Source: Asterias rubens (Eukaryota). From it: 64,000 nucleotides of DNA. Numbering within the stretch: the stretch's first letter is position 1; each line of letters begins with the position of its first letter. The DNA is taken from the NCBI RefSeq assembly GCF_902459465.1, contig NC_047070.1, positions 10,602,001 through 10,666,000 of the forward strand, written 5' to 3'. Both the position numbers and the translations under genes were made by a program. A model generated the notes under the pieces. It was not told where the DNA came from and did no database searches. It saw nothing but the letters and a program-made list of their open reading frames with translations. Of this stretch, positions 45,234 to 58,300 are shown piece by piece.

Positions 45234-48204
45234 CTCCATTTCAACATGTATTTGGGCAATTCCATGGTCAGTCGCATTACACTTTTCAGTGTCATTTCTC
45301 GATCTTGGTGCTAGAAGTTCTATGTGAAATATTCTTTCCACTAAGTGTATAAACTGATTTGTACTTGCACCCAAGGATTTGATTTGATAATATTAGAAAT
45401 GTTGTGGGCTTTGTGCTCTTGGATGTTATAACGTTGTAAAAAGCGGTCAGTCGCATTACACAACAAGAACATGGTAAAAAACACACTATTCACAATTCAA
45501 AAATGTCCTCTATCAAAAAGCTTGCGAAAGTGTCACTATAGGTAACACACAACTGTTAAATATGAGTATCCAACAGGATACTTATAAATGGTCAGCAGCT
45601 TGAACTTTTACTTTTATTAGGTAGGCTATACTTGGCAAAACCATGGTTAGTCGCATTACGGTCAGTTGCATTACAGTTTTCCAGACAATGTAGCCACGCC
45701 TACATGGAGCCAAAACTGAGTTCTTATATGGCAAAATTGGGTTCATTCCTTGTCAACAACTAAAAATAAATTGGTTTCATATGTTAGCTATAACTTCTAA
45801 GTGGAAAGAAAGTTGTAACAAAAACTTGATTTTTTTGTGTCATGTCCATGTTTACTTGGAATTGCCCATTTTGTTGATTTGGTGGAGAATCAAATAATGA
45901 AGCCACCTACCCCTCCCCGCCTTCGTATGATGTTGGTATTTGCAGACATTCCAACCTTTCAATGCCACAATCTGTGAGGTCTCTCTTACGAAAAAACTCA
46001 TCCTTTTGATATTTGCTTGATTTAATGTGATCGCTTATTTTGCAGTAAAACAGGCATCCGCTGTCGCTCATCTTTCGAGCGCAATCAACAAATTTGCGCA
46101 ATGATTTTGTACGCAATTTATAACTTGCCCTATGCAGTATAGGCAGTTCCAAGTGGTATCTAGCAATTTGAAGATTGCGCACCATCGTGTACACACGTGC
46201 GCGCTGTGCTTTGAATTGTGGTTATTTGGCCCCCTCTGTTTTCTGTGCGTTTTAATAGCTAGTGCGCTTGGAACCGCTCGTCTCGAAAATCAAGCGGTAC
46301 AACCTCGAACACCTCAACTCATGCATGCACTTGCCAAACCTCGAAACTCGCTCTCGTAGGTATAAGGTTGAATTATTTGGTATTCACTGCGCCTGCGTCG
46401 TTTACAAAAGATTTTCTGTGCATCAGTTTTGTCCATCCGTGGTGCGTCGTTTTCCGCGATTGGTAAGTCAAAAAATCATTCAGAGGACCGTCCAAATCTG
46501 CAACAAGTGTGTCAATTTTTTGACTCAGGGTGGGTCTTTGGACACGCAAATCCGACTCACATATGGACAGTGGTGCACCCTCCCTGGGGGTCCTGTCTTA
46601 CAATTAATAGGTGTAGGGGCCTATAATGTAGAAGTCAATAATAATATATCCCCTGAAGTCTGAACTGAATTGAATGTCAAATTTTGGTCAGATAACTTTC
46701 CGTATGACGCCACCACTTTTTCACTCATTTTTACAAAAAGGGATATCTCAATTGAGGTAAACTAGATACTATATTTCATATCGAATGAAAAAGTGGTGGC
46801 GCCATATGCAGCTTTTTCCATGCTGGACTCCCTCCCCTTCTTAAATTTTGGCCATCCATATGCCTCTATTCTCCAGGATTGCAGTACAGTAGGTGAAATC
46901 ATATCTCAAATAGAAGAAACATATTTTTTTTATTGCAATGCTTTCGTCACTTAACCTTAACCTCGAAAATATGTTTTTAGCTCATTGTGGTGTAATTTTA
47001 TGAAACATTTTTCACAAAAAACATTGTCGGCGCCATGATATGATGTTGACGTGCAAGCGAGACGAGTAGTCTCTGGGTCAAATGCAGTATTCCTTGCTCA
47101 GAGTGCCACCACGGCATTTGAGGTCTCGAAATTAAGCATCTAATAAAAGCACACAACTTTGTGTCACAAGTGGGTGTTTTTTTATTTTGTTATTATCTCG
47201 CAACTTCGACAACCAAATGAGCTCAAATTGTCACAGGTTTGTTATTTTGTGCATAATGTTGAGATACACCAAGCGAGAAGACTGGTCTTTGACAATTACC
47301 AATAGTATCCACTGCCTTATTATTTTATGGCTAAATGTTACTTCCCCAATAATATGATACCCCCATACACTACAGTAAAAACAATAAACTTTTTGAAAAA
47401 ACAACAATTGGGCAACAACGAAAGACCCTTGAAACATGGTTGGCATCAAGCATGTCAAGTAAACAGTTCAAGTAATGACAGCCATATCTTGTTTGAATTA
47501 AATAAATAAAACAATATTTTAAAAATTTAACAAAACGTCATGAGAAAACCATGCCTACATGAAGAATGCTAAAGATTGCACAGTAGTTGAAGGGGTTTTA
47601 AAACCAAGATAAACACCACATAGAAATTATTCAGAGGACCTTGATTCAATTCAGTGTGCTTCAGCCAGAATGTCCCTACAAATCCTGGGGAAAACCCTGA
47701 ACACAAAATGAAAAAGTTTTTACAAAAAGTGCTGATTCTTTTCCAAAAGTAAATGGGTAATTTCCCAAATAACAGAGTACTTAGTTGGGACACTTGGGAA
47801 ATCCCCCTTATGAGAAATATCAAGGCACACTCGACCCCAAGAGTTTCATCCGTACTAGAGTGTGGTGTTTCCATTAGGTTGATTGAAAATTACTGGGATC
47901 AAGGTTGAAACTGTAGGCTTGTCCACCTCCCTCGAAAAATTGTTGACGGAAACGAGAAAAAAAAAGAGAGAAAAAATGCATTGTTTTGAGAGTGGTATTC
48001 ATGAGCTTGTCTTGGAGATCAATTTCATAGGCCTACATCATGTTTCTTATAATATGCACATTGGGAAGGGAGTGAAACTTTGAAGTTTTGTCTTCTTGGT
48101 TAGAGTTTGCTTTCAGTAAACTGAGATGAGAGCACAATTTGTGCATCCCCTAACCATAACCCTGTCCCTAACACTGGTGTGTAGTTCTCGAGGGGTTGTT
48201 GGAA

Positions 48205-48913
48205 CATACATTCATAAATACCTAAGACAGTTTATCCATTCTGATTGGTCGAGAGGGCATCACGAGGGGTTATTTGAACGGATGATATAACACCAGTAAA
48301 AAGTGTTATAACATGGGCGTGACACGCGAGCTTGCACCATCACACACACCGCTTAGGCCCCCGAATTATTATTATTATTACTATTTATTTGACCTCAACA
48401 AATACAAGTACATCAAAAAGTACAGCAAAAGTTAAACGAAAAGCAACGAACCATCAAAATAATAACAAATACAATAAATAAACCAGCAAAAAGCACACAA
48501 TAAATATAAGACAGTTTCTTCATTACTATTGGTCGAGAGCAACGGCTGGAACAGATGTGCCACATCACGCGATACGCGCGACGCGCACATGATCTCCTTA
48601 TAAGGAGTTGTTAACCCGAGGGTCTTGCCATTTCATAGCTGGAGGGGTGTTTTGTTGAAAGAAATCATTGAAGAATTATAATTTTTGCATTTATTTTACC
48701 TTTTGACCAAGAAGTGGTGATGTTTTTTGACAGGAAAGGTATTTATGAATGGGAATCAAGTGTGTTGAATCGATTTTCAACTAGTGGTTAAAACCCGCCG
48801 AGGCCTGGTTCTTGATAATTTACCTCGACTTTGTCTCGGTAAAACTATCAAGTCCAGGCCTCGTTGGGTTTAAACCACTAGTTGAAAACCTCTACACCAC
48901 ACATTGATTCCCT
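48205..48913 (-). mobile_element. Family F repeat, copy 2 (reverse)
   Basis: Reverse-complement similarity to 25961-26510. Confidence 0.8.
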
Positions 48914-49226
48914 TATTGTAAAACTACCTCCAGATTTGATCATAGGGTTGTTGCAGGGTAGGTACCGGTATGTCAGGTATAGCATTCAATAACAATTTAT
49001 TTATTTCCTTTTTATAGATTCCTGACAGCAAGGGGGTGATTTGATATTTAAAGATTCATCTTGGTTGAGGAAAAAAAAAGAGAGAAAAAGGCAGCTCCAC
49101 TTTCTTTGCGTTTTGTTTGTGGCAACAATCCTCGGGAAAAGAATATTTTTGAACTATGGTCAGCAGTATATACATCTGAGACCCATGTGAAAGCTGTAGG
49201 AGGTGGAAGACGTTTGAGTGTTCATC

Positions 49227-49300
49227 ATGAGCAGTAACGAACAGGACGAAGAAGTCCCAAGGAAGGCGCCCTCTGTTAGAAGTAGGAGCATTGATGACAG
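49227..49300 (+). CDS. MARCHF5: MARCH5 first coding exon (MSSNEQDEEVPRKAPSVRSRSIDDR); the exon probably begins at 49018
   Basis: catcATGa start. Donor AG|gtgggt is phase 2 and matches the next exon, giving DDR-KTCWVCF (human LDR-SCWVCF). Confidence 0.8.
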
Positions 49301-52300
49301 GTGGGTTGACCAAGCAAAGGAAATGTATTCATCCATTCCTTTGTCATGACCAAAGGTTCTTAGGGTTTACACTTGTCTCCCAATTTCAATTGTATTCAAA
49401 ATGAAGTTTCTCTAGTCCCTTAAACCCGAGAACTGAAAACTAACGACCATTGTTTTGGGCACCAGTTTTCTGTACCAAAGGTTGCATGCAATATCATGAC
49501 AAACAGTTACATAATCACACACATTTCGCTCCTTAAGCCCCTTTCTGGGTAATGATGTGTCGTTAATCGATCGTTGGGACCTTGGTCATCATGATGATTT
49601 TTGGAGGAGGTCACGATCCTGGTAGTTTATAACGTGGGTCTGTCGCAATTTCATCACAAGGCTTCATTTCACACAACTCAAATTACGATAATATTACACC
49701 AGTGCGATTTTGTTGGAAACGACCATCATTTAGGGATCTTGTGAGACACAGGCTTTTGTGTAATGATTGTACAAAGTTGTGTACTAGAACTTTTAAAATG
49801 GTGTATGTGTTTACATTGAGTTTTTGTGTCCATTGACAAATTTAAACAGCAAAGAGGATTATTTAATGGGGGGGGGGGGGAAGTTCATTAATAAGTAATT
49901 ACTCCACTGCCAATACAACCCCAGAATGCCATGAAAGCAATACAAATCTGTAATCCTGTTTGAGAAGGTAGTGTTGTGGTTCACATGGTAAACATATGCT
50001 AAGACTCTGGTTGGTTGGTCATGACAGGCAAGAATGTAATTATCATTAGGCTCGGGCATCGTCTTTAGTGAAATTCCATCCATAGGTTAATTCTTAGAGC
50101 ATCTGTTAATGCAAGGTTGGTTGATGTTGGGGATTATGAAGACAAAGAAGACCTAATTAGCTCTTTATGAGGGTGTCTTCTGATGATGGCGGTTTATTAT
50201 GTAACAGTAATGAGTCCTGAACTTGTTTTGATAACAAAATATGGGAGAACAAAGGTCTTGGCAGGGGGGGGGGGGTTGGTGGGTTGGGTAATGACTGTTG
50301 ACAAAGAGCATTGGCAATTGAAAGGGAAAACGATTTGAGCATGTAGTGCTGGACCAAGAAATTTTGTGTTAAGAGAAGTTTATTAGACCATAAATCCTGA
50401 ATTGGGGTTGAGACAAAGACATTGACTATATCGGAGTTTGAACCTTGACTTCGGGTTAAATGTACCAGTGCTCTACCAACTGAGCTATCTAGCCCTTTGT
50501 TGGCGGTCTCCTGGTTTTGTAAATTTGTTAATTTCTTTGTTCAGGGGTGCCGGTCAGAAGCCATAATGTACAACCATTACTTGCTGGGAAGGCAAATTTT
50601 TTATTTTATATCTCAAATTATAAACCACAAGGGAAATTTACAAACCCTACGACAAGTAGGTCCATGTTACATGTACATGTAAATAGTCTTTTGTTTCAAA
50701 TGGACTTTGCAGATAATAGCTTTGCACACTTGACATGAGATTGTGAGTGTAGGTTCAAATCCTGCTCATGACACTTTTGTGACATAATTTCTTCACATCA
50801 CCCAGGAATAAATGGGTAGATATAGGAGGGTAGAGATTGTTGATGTGAATGATTAGCAACCTGTGTGCCCATTTGGCTGCCTGTGTTTTCTCAGCACCTT
50901 AATAATTACATCAAAATAAAAAAGCCTAGTTGAAATGAAAACTCTGCTAAATTCAGCGCTAGGATTGTTTTGCATTGTAAAGTACACTGACACTAGCCTT
51001 GGTACTGGGCACTTACTCAATCTATAAAGACTGCGGGCATACTAAAAATGATGTCAAGGCCGTGCCAAGAACCCTGCTGTTGCAGCACAGTGCACAGTGT
51101 TTGAGTTGACTGCTAAATGCACAAAATGCAAAAGTTTTTACCAATCGTTGCACTTTATATTTATTACAGCCTGAGTCAATTTAAAGCCATTGGACCCTTT
51201 CGGTAAACAGTATTGTCCAAGGCCCACACTTCGTGTATCACAACTTATATATATATCAAATAACAAACCTGTGAAAATTTAGGCTTAATTGGTCATCGGA
51301 GTCGGGAGAAAATAACGGGAAAACCCACCCTTGTATCCGCACGTTTCGCCGTGTCATGACATGTGTTTAAAAATAAATCTGTAATTCTCGCTATCGAGAA
51401 TTGATATTGTTTTACTGTTTTCTCAAAAAGTAAAGCATTTCATGGAATAATATTTCAAGAAAAGTCTTTCACCACTACCTTCTGTAAACCCTGTAAGTTA
51501 TTTGTAAATCTGTGAACTTTTTTTTTCCTGTACCGAAAGGGTCCAATGGCTTTAATCTGTTACTACAAAATTGTTTGGGGATAGGAATATAAAAAACCTT
51601 TGAGCATTGTGTTTCATTCTGCGTCCAACCCCATTTCATACCATGCCCAACTCAATTGTTTGGACATCGGAATATTAAAAACTTTTGAATATTGTACTTC
51701 ATTATGTGTCCAACCTATTTCATTCTGCGCCCGTTTGTATTTCATTCTGCGCCCTACCCTATTTCATTCTTGGCTCAACCCTATTTCATTTTGCACCCAA
51801 CTCTATTTAATTCTGTGCCCAACTTGACCCTATTTCATTCTGTGCCTAACCAGACTTGATTTCATTATGCACCTAACCCGATTTCAATATTTGCCCAACC
51901 CTATATCATTCTGTTCCCAACCCTAGCTCATTCTACACCCAACTCTTTCATTCTGTGTCAACTCATTGATTCAACAGGAAAACTTGCTGGGTTTGCTTTG
52001 CCACTGAGGATGACGACCGGACGGCGCGATGGACGCAGCCGTGTCGCTGTCGGGGAACCACAAAGTGGGTCCATCAGATGTGCCTGCAGAGGTGGATTGA
52101 TGAGAAACAGAGAGGGAATAGCTCTGTCAAGGTGTCTTGTCCCCAATGTAACACAGAGTACATCATCATCTACCCTGAATTAGGTTGGTACCCAAGTTGA
52201 CCTTTGATCTCCTCGAAAGAGATGTTCATTTCACCTATCCTAGTGATACGGATGAAAAATGGAGCACAAACTCACAAATTTGTCATAGCTGTTCCCCACT

Positions 52301-55300
52301 TCACTTAGTGGCTTCATCAGACTGGCAACTTATGACAGCTGGTTTTCTCCTCTCTTGTGTTTGGGAATTACAACTTTTTGGTACAAAAGTGACGTCATAA
52401 TTGGACCAAAAATCGTTGATTCCCGCCAAAATATAACAGTGGCGGAGTTCAAATTTTGCACCATGTAAACATTGGATCTGTTTTCATTGTGGTTGCTGTT
52501 GTTGTATAGGCCTAACATTTGTGGTGTTCACCATTTAATCATAAATAGAATCCTTACTCTTATGTTACTTTGCACTTTCTTCAAGATCTAATTTTGTTAA
52601 AGCCATTTCGGTAAACAGTATTGTCCAAGTCCCACACTTCGTGTATTACACTTTATATATTAAATAACAATCCTGTGAAAATTTTGGCTCAATCGGCCTT
52701 CGTAGTCGGGAGAAAGTAACGGGAAAACCCACTCTTGCTTCTGCGCATTTCGCCATGTCATGTGCTTACTATAAGTCTGTAATCCTCTTTGTCGAGAATT
52801 TATGTTGTTTTAATGTTTTCTCAAAAAGTAAAGCATTTCATGGAATAATATTTCAAGAGAAGTCTTTCACCATTACCTTCTGTAAACCCGGTAAATTATT
52901 TGTAAATCTGTGAACTTTTTTTGTTTCTGTACCGAGAGTGTATAATGGCTTTAAAGAAGCCTGCTTTATTCCCACAGTTGCTAAAATTTTTGCTCCAATC
53001 TGTGGCCATTTTTCTGAAGTTTATCACTGGTATAAAAACGGGTGGTCCAATATTTTACAGTAAAACTGTATTCTTTCTTGAACATTTTTGGTGGTTTTTG
53101 TTTCTCACAGGTTCTATTGTCTATATCCTGGATGTCCTTGATAGACTTATATACAAAGTGTGCCCCTTCGCTGCTGGAGGTATCGTTGTGGGTTCTGTCT
53201 ACTGGTCAGCTGTCACTTACGGGGCAGTGACAGTCATGCAGGTCCTTGGCCACAAAGAGGGGCTGGACGTGATGGAGAGGGCGGATCCCCTCTTCCTCCT
53301 CATCGGTCTGCCGACGATCCCTGTCATGCTCATTCTCTCTAAGATGATCCGCTGGGAGGACTACATCCTGAAACTGTGGCGGAAACACTCGCCCAAGCTC
53401 CCCTTCTGGAGTTACTTCTTCCCGGAGATCGGTAGCAGCATGCTGCCCCGGGTCCCCACTGAACTCATGCCGATGGCCGACCCAATATCAGCCACCAGAG
53501 TCCTGTGTGGGGCTCTGATCTTCCCGACTATCGCCACCATGTGCGGGAAACTCATGTTTGGATCACTGCACTCAAATTTACAGAGGACAATGTTGGTGAG
53601 TTGTCTTTTATTTAACAATTCAACAACAAAAGTATATAAATCAAATGGCCAGATTGCGTATGGAAATACCATTAGAAGACATATCGATACAACTAAATAA
53701 ACAGCTTAGAACTGTATTTCATGATAATATCAGAAACATGAACAGGCCTACACTGTAATAGCTGTTCTTGTCAGCAAGTCGATGGTTTCTTAGTTAAGGT
53801 ACCTTTATGAGAAAAATACACAGTTGCATTGGAAATTACAAAGGGCACCAAGGCATTGGGCAGGGGCAAGGCGTTAATTGCCTGATAATATCAGAAACAT
53901 GAACAGGCCTACACTGTAATAGCTGTTCTTGTCAGCAAGTCGATGTTTTCTTAGTTAAAAGGTACCTTTATGAGAAAAATACACAGTTGCATTGGAAATT
54001 ACAAAGGGCACCAAGGCATTGGGCAGGGGCAAGGCGTTAATTGCCTGATAATATCAGAAACATGAACAGGCCTACACTGTAATAGCTGTTCTTGTCAGCA
54101 AGTCAATGTTTTCTTAGTTAAAAGGTACCTTTATGAGAAAAATACACAGTTGCATTGGAAATTACAAAGGGCACCAAGGCACTGGGCAGGGGCAAGGTGT
54201 TAATTGCCTGATAATATCAGAAACATGAACAGGCCTACACTGTAATAGCTGTTCTTGTCAGCAAGTCAATGTTTTCTTAGTTAAAAGGTACCTTTATGAG
54301 AAAAATACACAGTTGCATTGGAAATTACAAAGGGCACCAAGGCATTGGGCAGGGGCAAGGCGTTCGAAAATGCAAGGTCTGGAAAAAAACGTTGACGTCA
54401 CCTTGTTCTTCCTGGCATCTTATGAAGTGTATTTCCCTTCTATAAACAAAAATAGAATTTCTTGCCTTCTCAAATATTTGGAGTTGCTTTCCGCTAAATA
54501 ACTTAAAACATCTGTCAATGACCTATTATCAGAGGCTATAAAATCATCATTTTGATGCTGGTATGTAGCCAGTGTGACCATTAGTTATGGTGGACACAGT
54601 AGGAGTGCACTGTTTGGTTTGGGTGTAGACGGACAAATGTACTCAAATCTAATAGTGTCTCCGCCATCTCAAAGTGGCTTTAAAGGCAGTGGACTAACGT
54701 CCGTCGATATATCGAAAATACTCAAAAACTCGATATTTTTTTGACATCGAAATCGCCGATGTCACTTTTATAATCATATCGTAATATCGGATTTTCGATA
54801 TATCGAAAATTTCGATGTTTTGAAAATTTCGATGTTCCTAAATGATGTTGAAAATACCAAAAGAGTGTCCGATTATTTAAAAGAAATCTGTGTTTGAGTA
54901 TTAGAAAAGCCGTCGTCGTTATGTAGTTTCATCATTTTGAGTTGCCCTATTAATTAAAATACGTTTTACAACCAAGTATGTCTGCTTGTTCTTTGTGTTT
55001 TTGCCATCAGCCGCCGGCCCGCCGCAGAAGTTCACGACCCCGCGGCGAGCGCACGGTAAAACCTCAAAAGAAACCGCCGCTGCTGCCCCAGCCTATCGGC
55101 TGTTTAAGATGCAACTTCCCATTGTGCATGTGATCAAAATCAATGCGTCCTCATCACAGCATTATTGACTTTGCAAAAATACCCCGCAAAAACTTCCCCG
55201 AATCAACAAGACAAAACAAAACAAGGAAGAAAACAATCTTACGTTATACAGTAAAATAATCTTTCTATCAATCCAAGGTATCGTAATGGCATCATTTTGG

Positions 55301-58300
55301 TCAAATAAAGCCTACACGTTGTGTTGTTTTCGGTAAACAAGCTAACATTTTCGAGGAAGTATATGCTTCGCAGACCACGCTGGTGGCCGCTATTGCGTGC
55401 GTACCAGCGAAGACTATGCTGTTGTACGGTTTAAGCGTGCACACCAGCGTGTATGGTTATTGCAATTCGGGGGGAAAACCCGTTTGCCCAAGCATGCGCA
55501 GACAAATGCAGTCTTTGGTCAAGGCGGTATCGCGTGATGCACTGCGTTATTTCGACAATAGAGGGCGTTCTAGCATTCAATGTTTCTTGCCTTTATAATA
55601 GAATGCAAAGTAAAAAGACCACGAGCCTTTATTGGAGACTATGTGACTGCATGCTGCGTGCGTTGTATATTGTGATCGCTGAGTGGTAGGTCTGTGTTTT
55701 GCGGGACTTTCTAGTGATTTTTTTTCGATGATTATCTCAACCATTTTCAACCGTAAAGGTAGTCCGCGCGCCCGTCGGACAACTTGATTGACACTTCTAC
55801 GTCAATGCATCGGCAACTGACACCTTAATGTCGGAGAGTCACGCAACTCACAAAGGCTCTGTGTCATTTTGAGACGGCCAATCATGGCCAATCACGAATC
55901 GAGAATTGTGGTGAGCGTTCACCAATTGGCCAAGCCAGCGGTAGCGGCGATCATACTTTTTTGTAAAACCAGAAATAATCGGGGCGGGACTACGCAATCT
56001 GAAATTGTTTGGACTACAAACAAGTTCGGGGGATCAGACAAAAACAGGTTGAAATGTAACCCTATTAAACTGTCAGTCTACGGTATATATATTTCTACCT
56101 CCATGAGTATACCAAGTGCTGTTTTTAGGCTTCCATCTTGCGAGCGGGAAAAACTTGATATATCGAGTATACTCGATATTAAATTTTCGATATATCGGTT
56201 ATGGGAAAAAACCGACATCGACGGACGTTACAGTGGACACTATTGGTAATTACTCAAAATAGTTATAAGCATGAAACCTTTCTTGGTGACGAGTAATGGG
56301 GAGAGGTTGATGGTATAAAACATTGTGAGAAACAGCTCCCTCTGAAGTGCCATTGTTTTCGAGAAAGAAGTAATTTTCCACAAATTTGATTTCAAGACCT
56401 CAGATTTAGAACTTGAGGTCTCGAAATCAACCATCTAAACGCACACAACTTTGTGTGACAAGGGTGTTTTTTTCTTTCATTATTATCTTGCAACTTTGAT
56501 GACTGATTGAGCTCAAATTTTCACGGGTTTGTTATTTTATGCATATGTTGAGATACACCAACTGTGAAGGCTAGTTTTTGACAATTACCAAAAGTGTCCA
56601 CTGCCTTTAAATAGAATGGTTGGCAACAGCAAAGTTTGTGCACAGGATGCAGTCGATAAATAACTTTATACAAGTTGTGGGTCCATGTCAAAGTTAAAAT
56701 ATAACCTGGTACCAGGAAAGTAACAGGAGAAGGGTCATGTTTAAAGACACTGAACACTATCGGTAATTGTCAAAGACCAGTCTTCTCACTTGGTGTATCT
56801 CAACATTTGCATAAAATAACAAACCTGTGAAAATTTGAGCTCAATTGGTCGTCGAAGTTGCGAAATAATAATGAAAGGAAAAAACACCTTCTCAGACGAA
56901 GTTGTGTGCGTTCAGATGCTTCATTTCGAGACCTCAAGTTCTAAATCTGAGGTCTTGAAATCAAATTCGACGAAAATTACTTCTTTCTCGAAAACTGCTT
57001 CACTTCAGAGGGAGCCGTTTCTCACAATGTTTATACTACCAACCTCTCCCTATTACTCGTTACCAAGGAAGGTTTTATGCTAATAAATATTTTGAGTAAT
57101 TACCAATAGTGTCCACTGCCTGTAAAGGAACATTACAGAATTGGTTTTGCAAACAAAACAGTTGCTGGCAGTGTAAGCACTTTTTGCAATCCACCATATA
57201 CTTAAACTGACAAATCTGTAGAAGTTTGAGAGTGATCGGCCATCTGAGTCACAAGAAAATGGTGAAAAACCGATAACACATTTTGTATGACATCAATGCA
57301 AAAACAAAATGAACAAATTGCTCGCTGAGCGATAAACTCTAAACGGGAAATTTGTTTATTTATTTCTCATCAAATATGGCATTTCAGACACAAATGTCTC
57401 AAGGGATGTTTTCTACTATCATAATCATGAGACCGTATTAGTATAAAAAGTAAATCTGTGATTTTCATAATTTTTGTTTCTTACCAATTCTGTAACGTTC
57501 CTTTAAGGGAATTCATGTTGTTGTTTGTTAATTGAGCAAACTTCAGCAAAGATTCTAAATTGTTGGGATCAAAGTTTCAAAATAGACCAATCCATTGAGC
57601 TCCGCTCCATTTTGTATTGACCAATCACAACCCATTGCGCAACCGAAGGTCCGACAAATAAAAGTCTGACATGCATGCTGCGCATTGCTTGGCTCGCACG
57701 GCAGAGTTGTGCAGAAAGGCATTGGAGAGGCTAACGTGTTCTTGCTCACGCATGCGTAGTGGGCGGAGCCTAATGGATCGGTCTATTGCTGAATGAATGC
57801 AATAAGGGAAAGTGTGATTTGTTTGATTTATCTCTAAAAACAAAACTGTTGATAGAAAGTTTAATGTACGGTGACCTTTGTACAGTTTATGCACTGTTTT
57901 CTTTAAAGCCATTGGACCCTTTCGGTAAACAGAATTGTCCAAGGCCCACACTTCGTGTATCACAACTTCTATATCAAATAACAAACCTGTGAAAATTTAG
58001 GCTCAATCGGTCATCGCGGTCGGGAGAAAATAACGATAAAACCCACCCTTGTATCCGCGCGTTTCGCCGTGTCATGACATGTGTTAAAAATAAATCCGTA
58101 ATTCTCGCTATCGAGAATTGAGTGTTTTACTGTTTTCTCAAAAAGTAAAGCATTTCATGGAATAATATTTCAAGAGAAGGTTTTCACCACTACCTTCTGT
58201 AAACCCTGTAAGTTATTTGTAAATCTGTGAACTTTGATTTCTTTTTCTGTACGGAAAGGGTCCAATGGCTTTAAAGTGTGCCCATTTGTTTCAAGTGAAT

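Noticed and set aside
52921-53110. N-terminal extension of the 259-aa ORF at 52921 (likewise ORFs 10357-10929 and 5760-6059)
   Set aside because: These are intronic read-through around true exons; similarity is confined to the splice-bounded parts.
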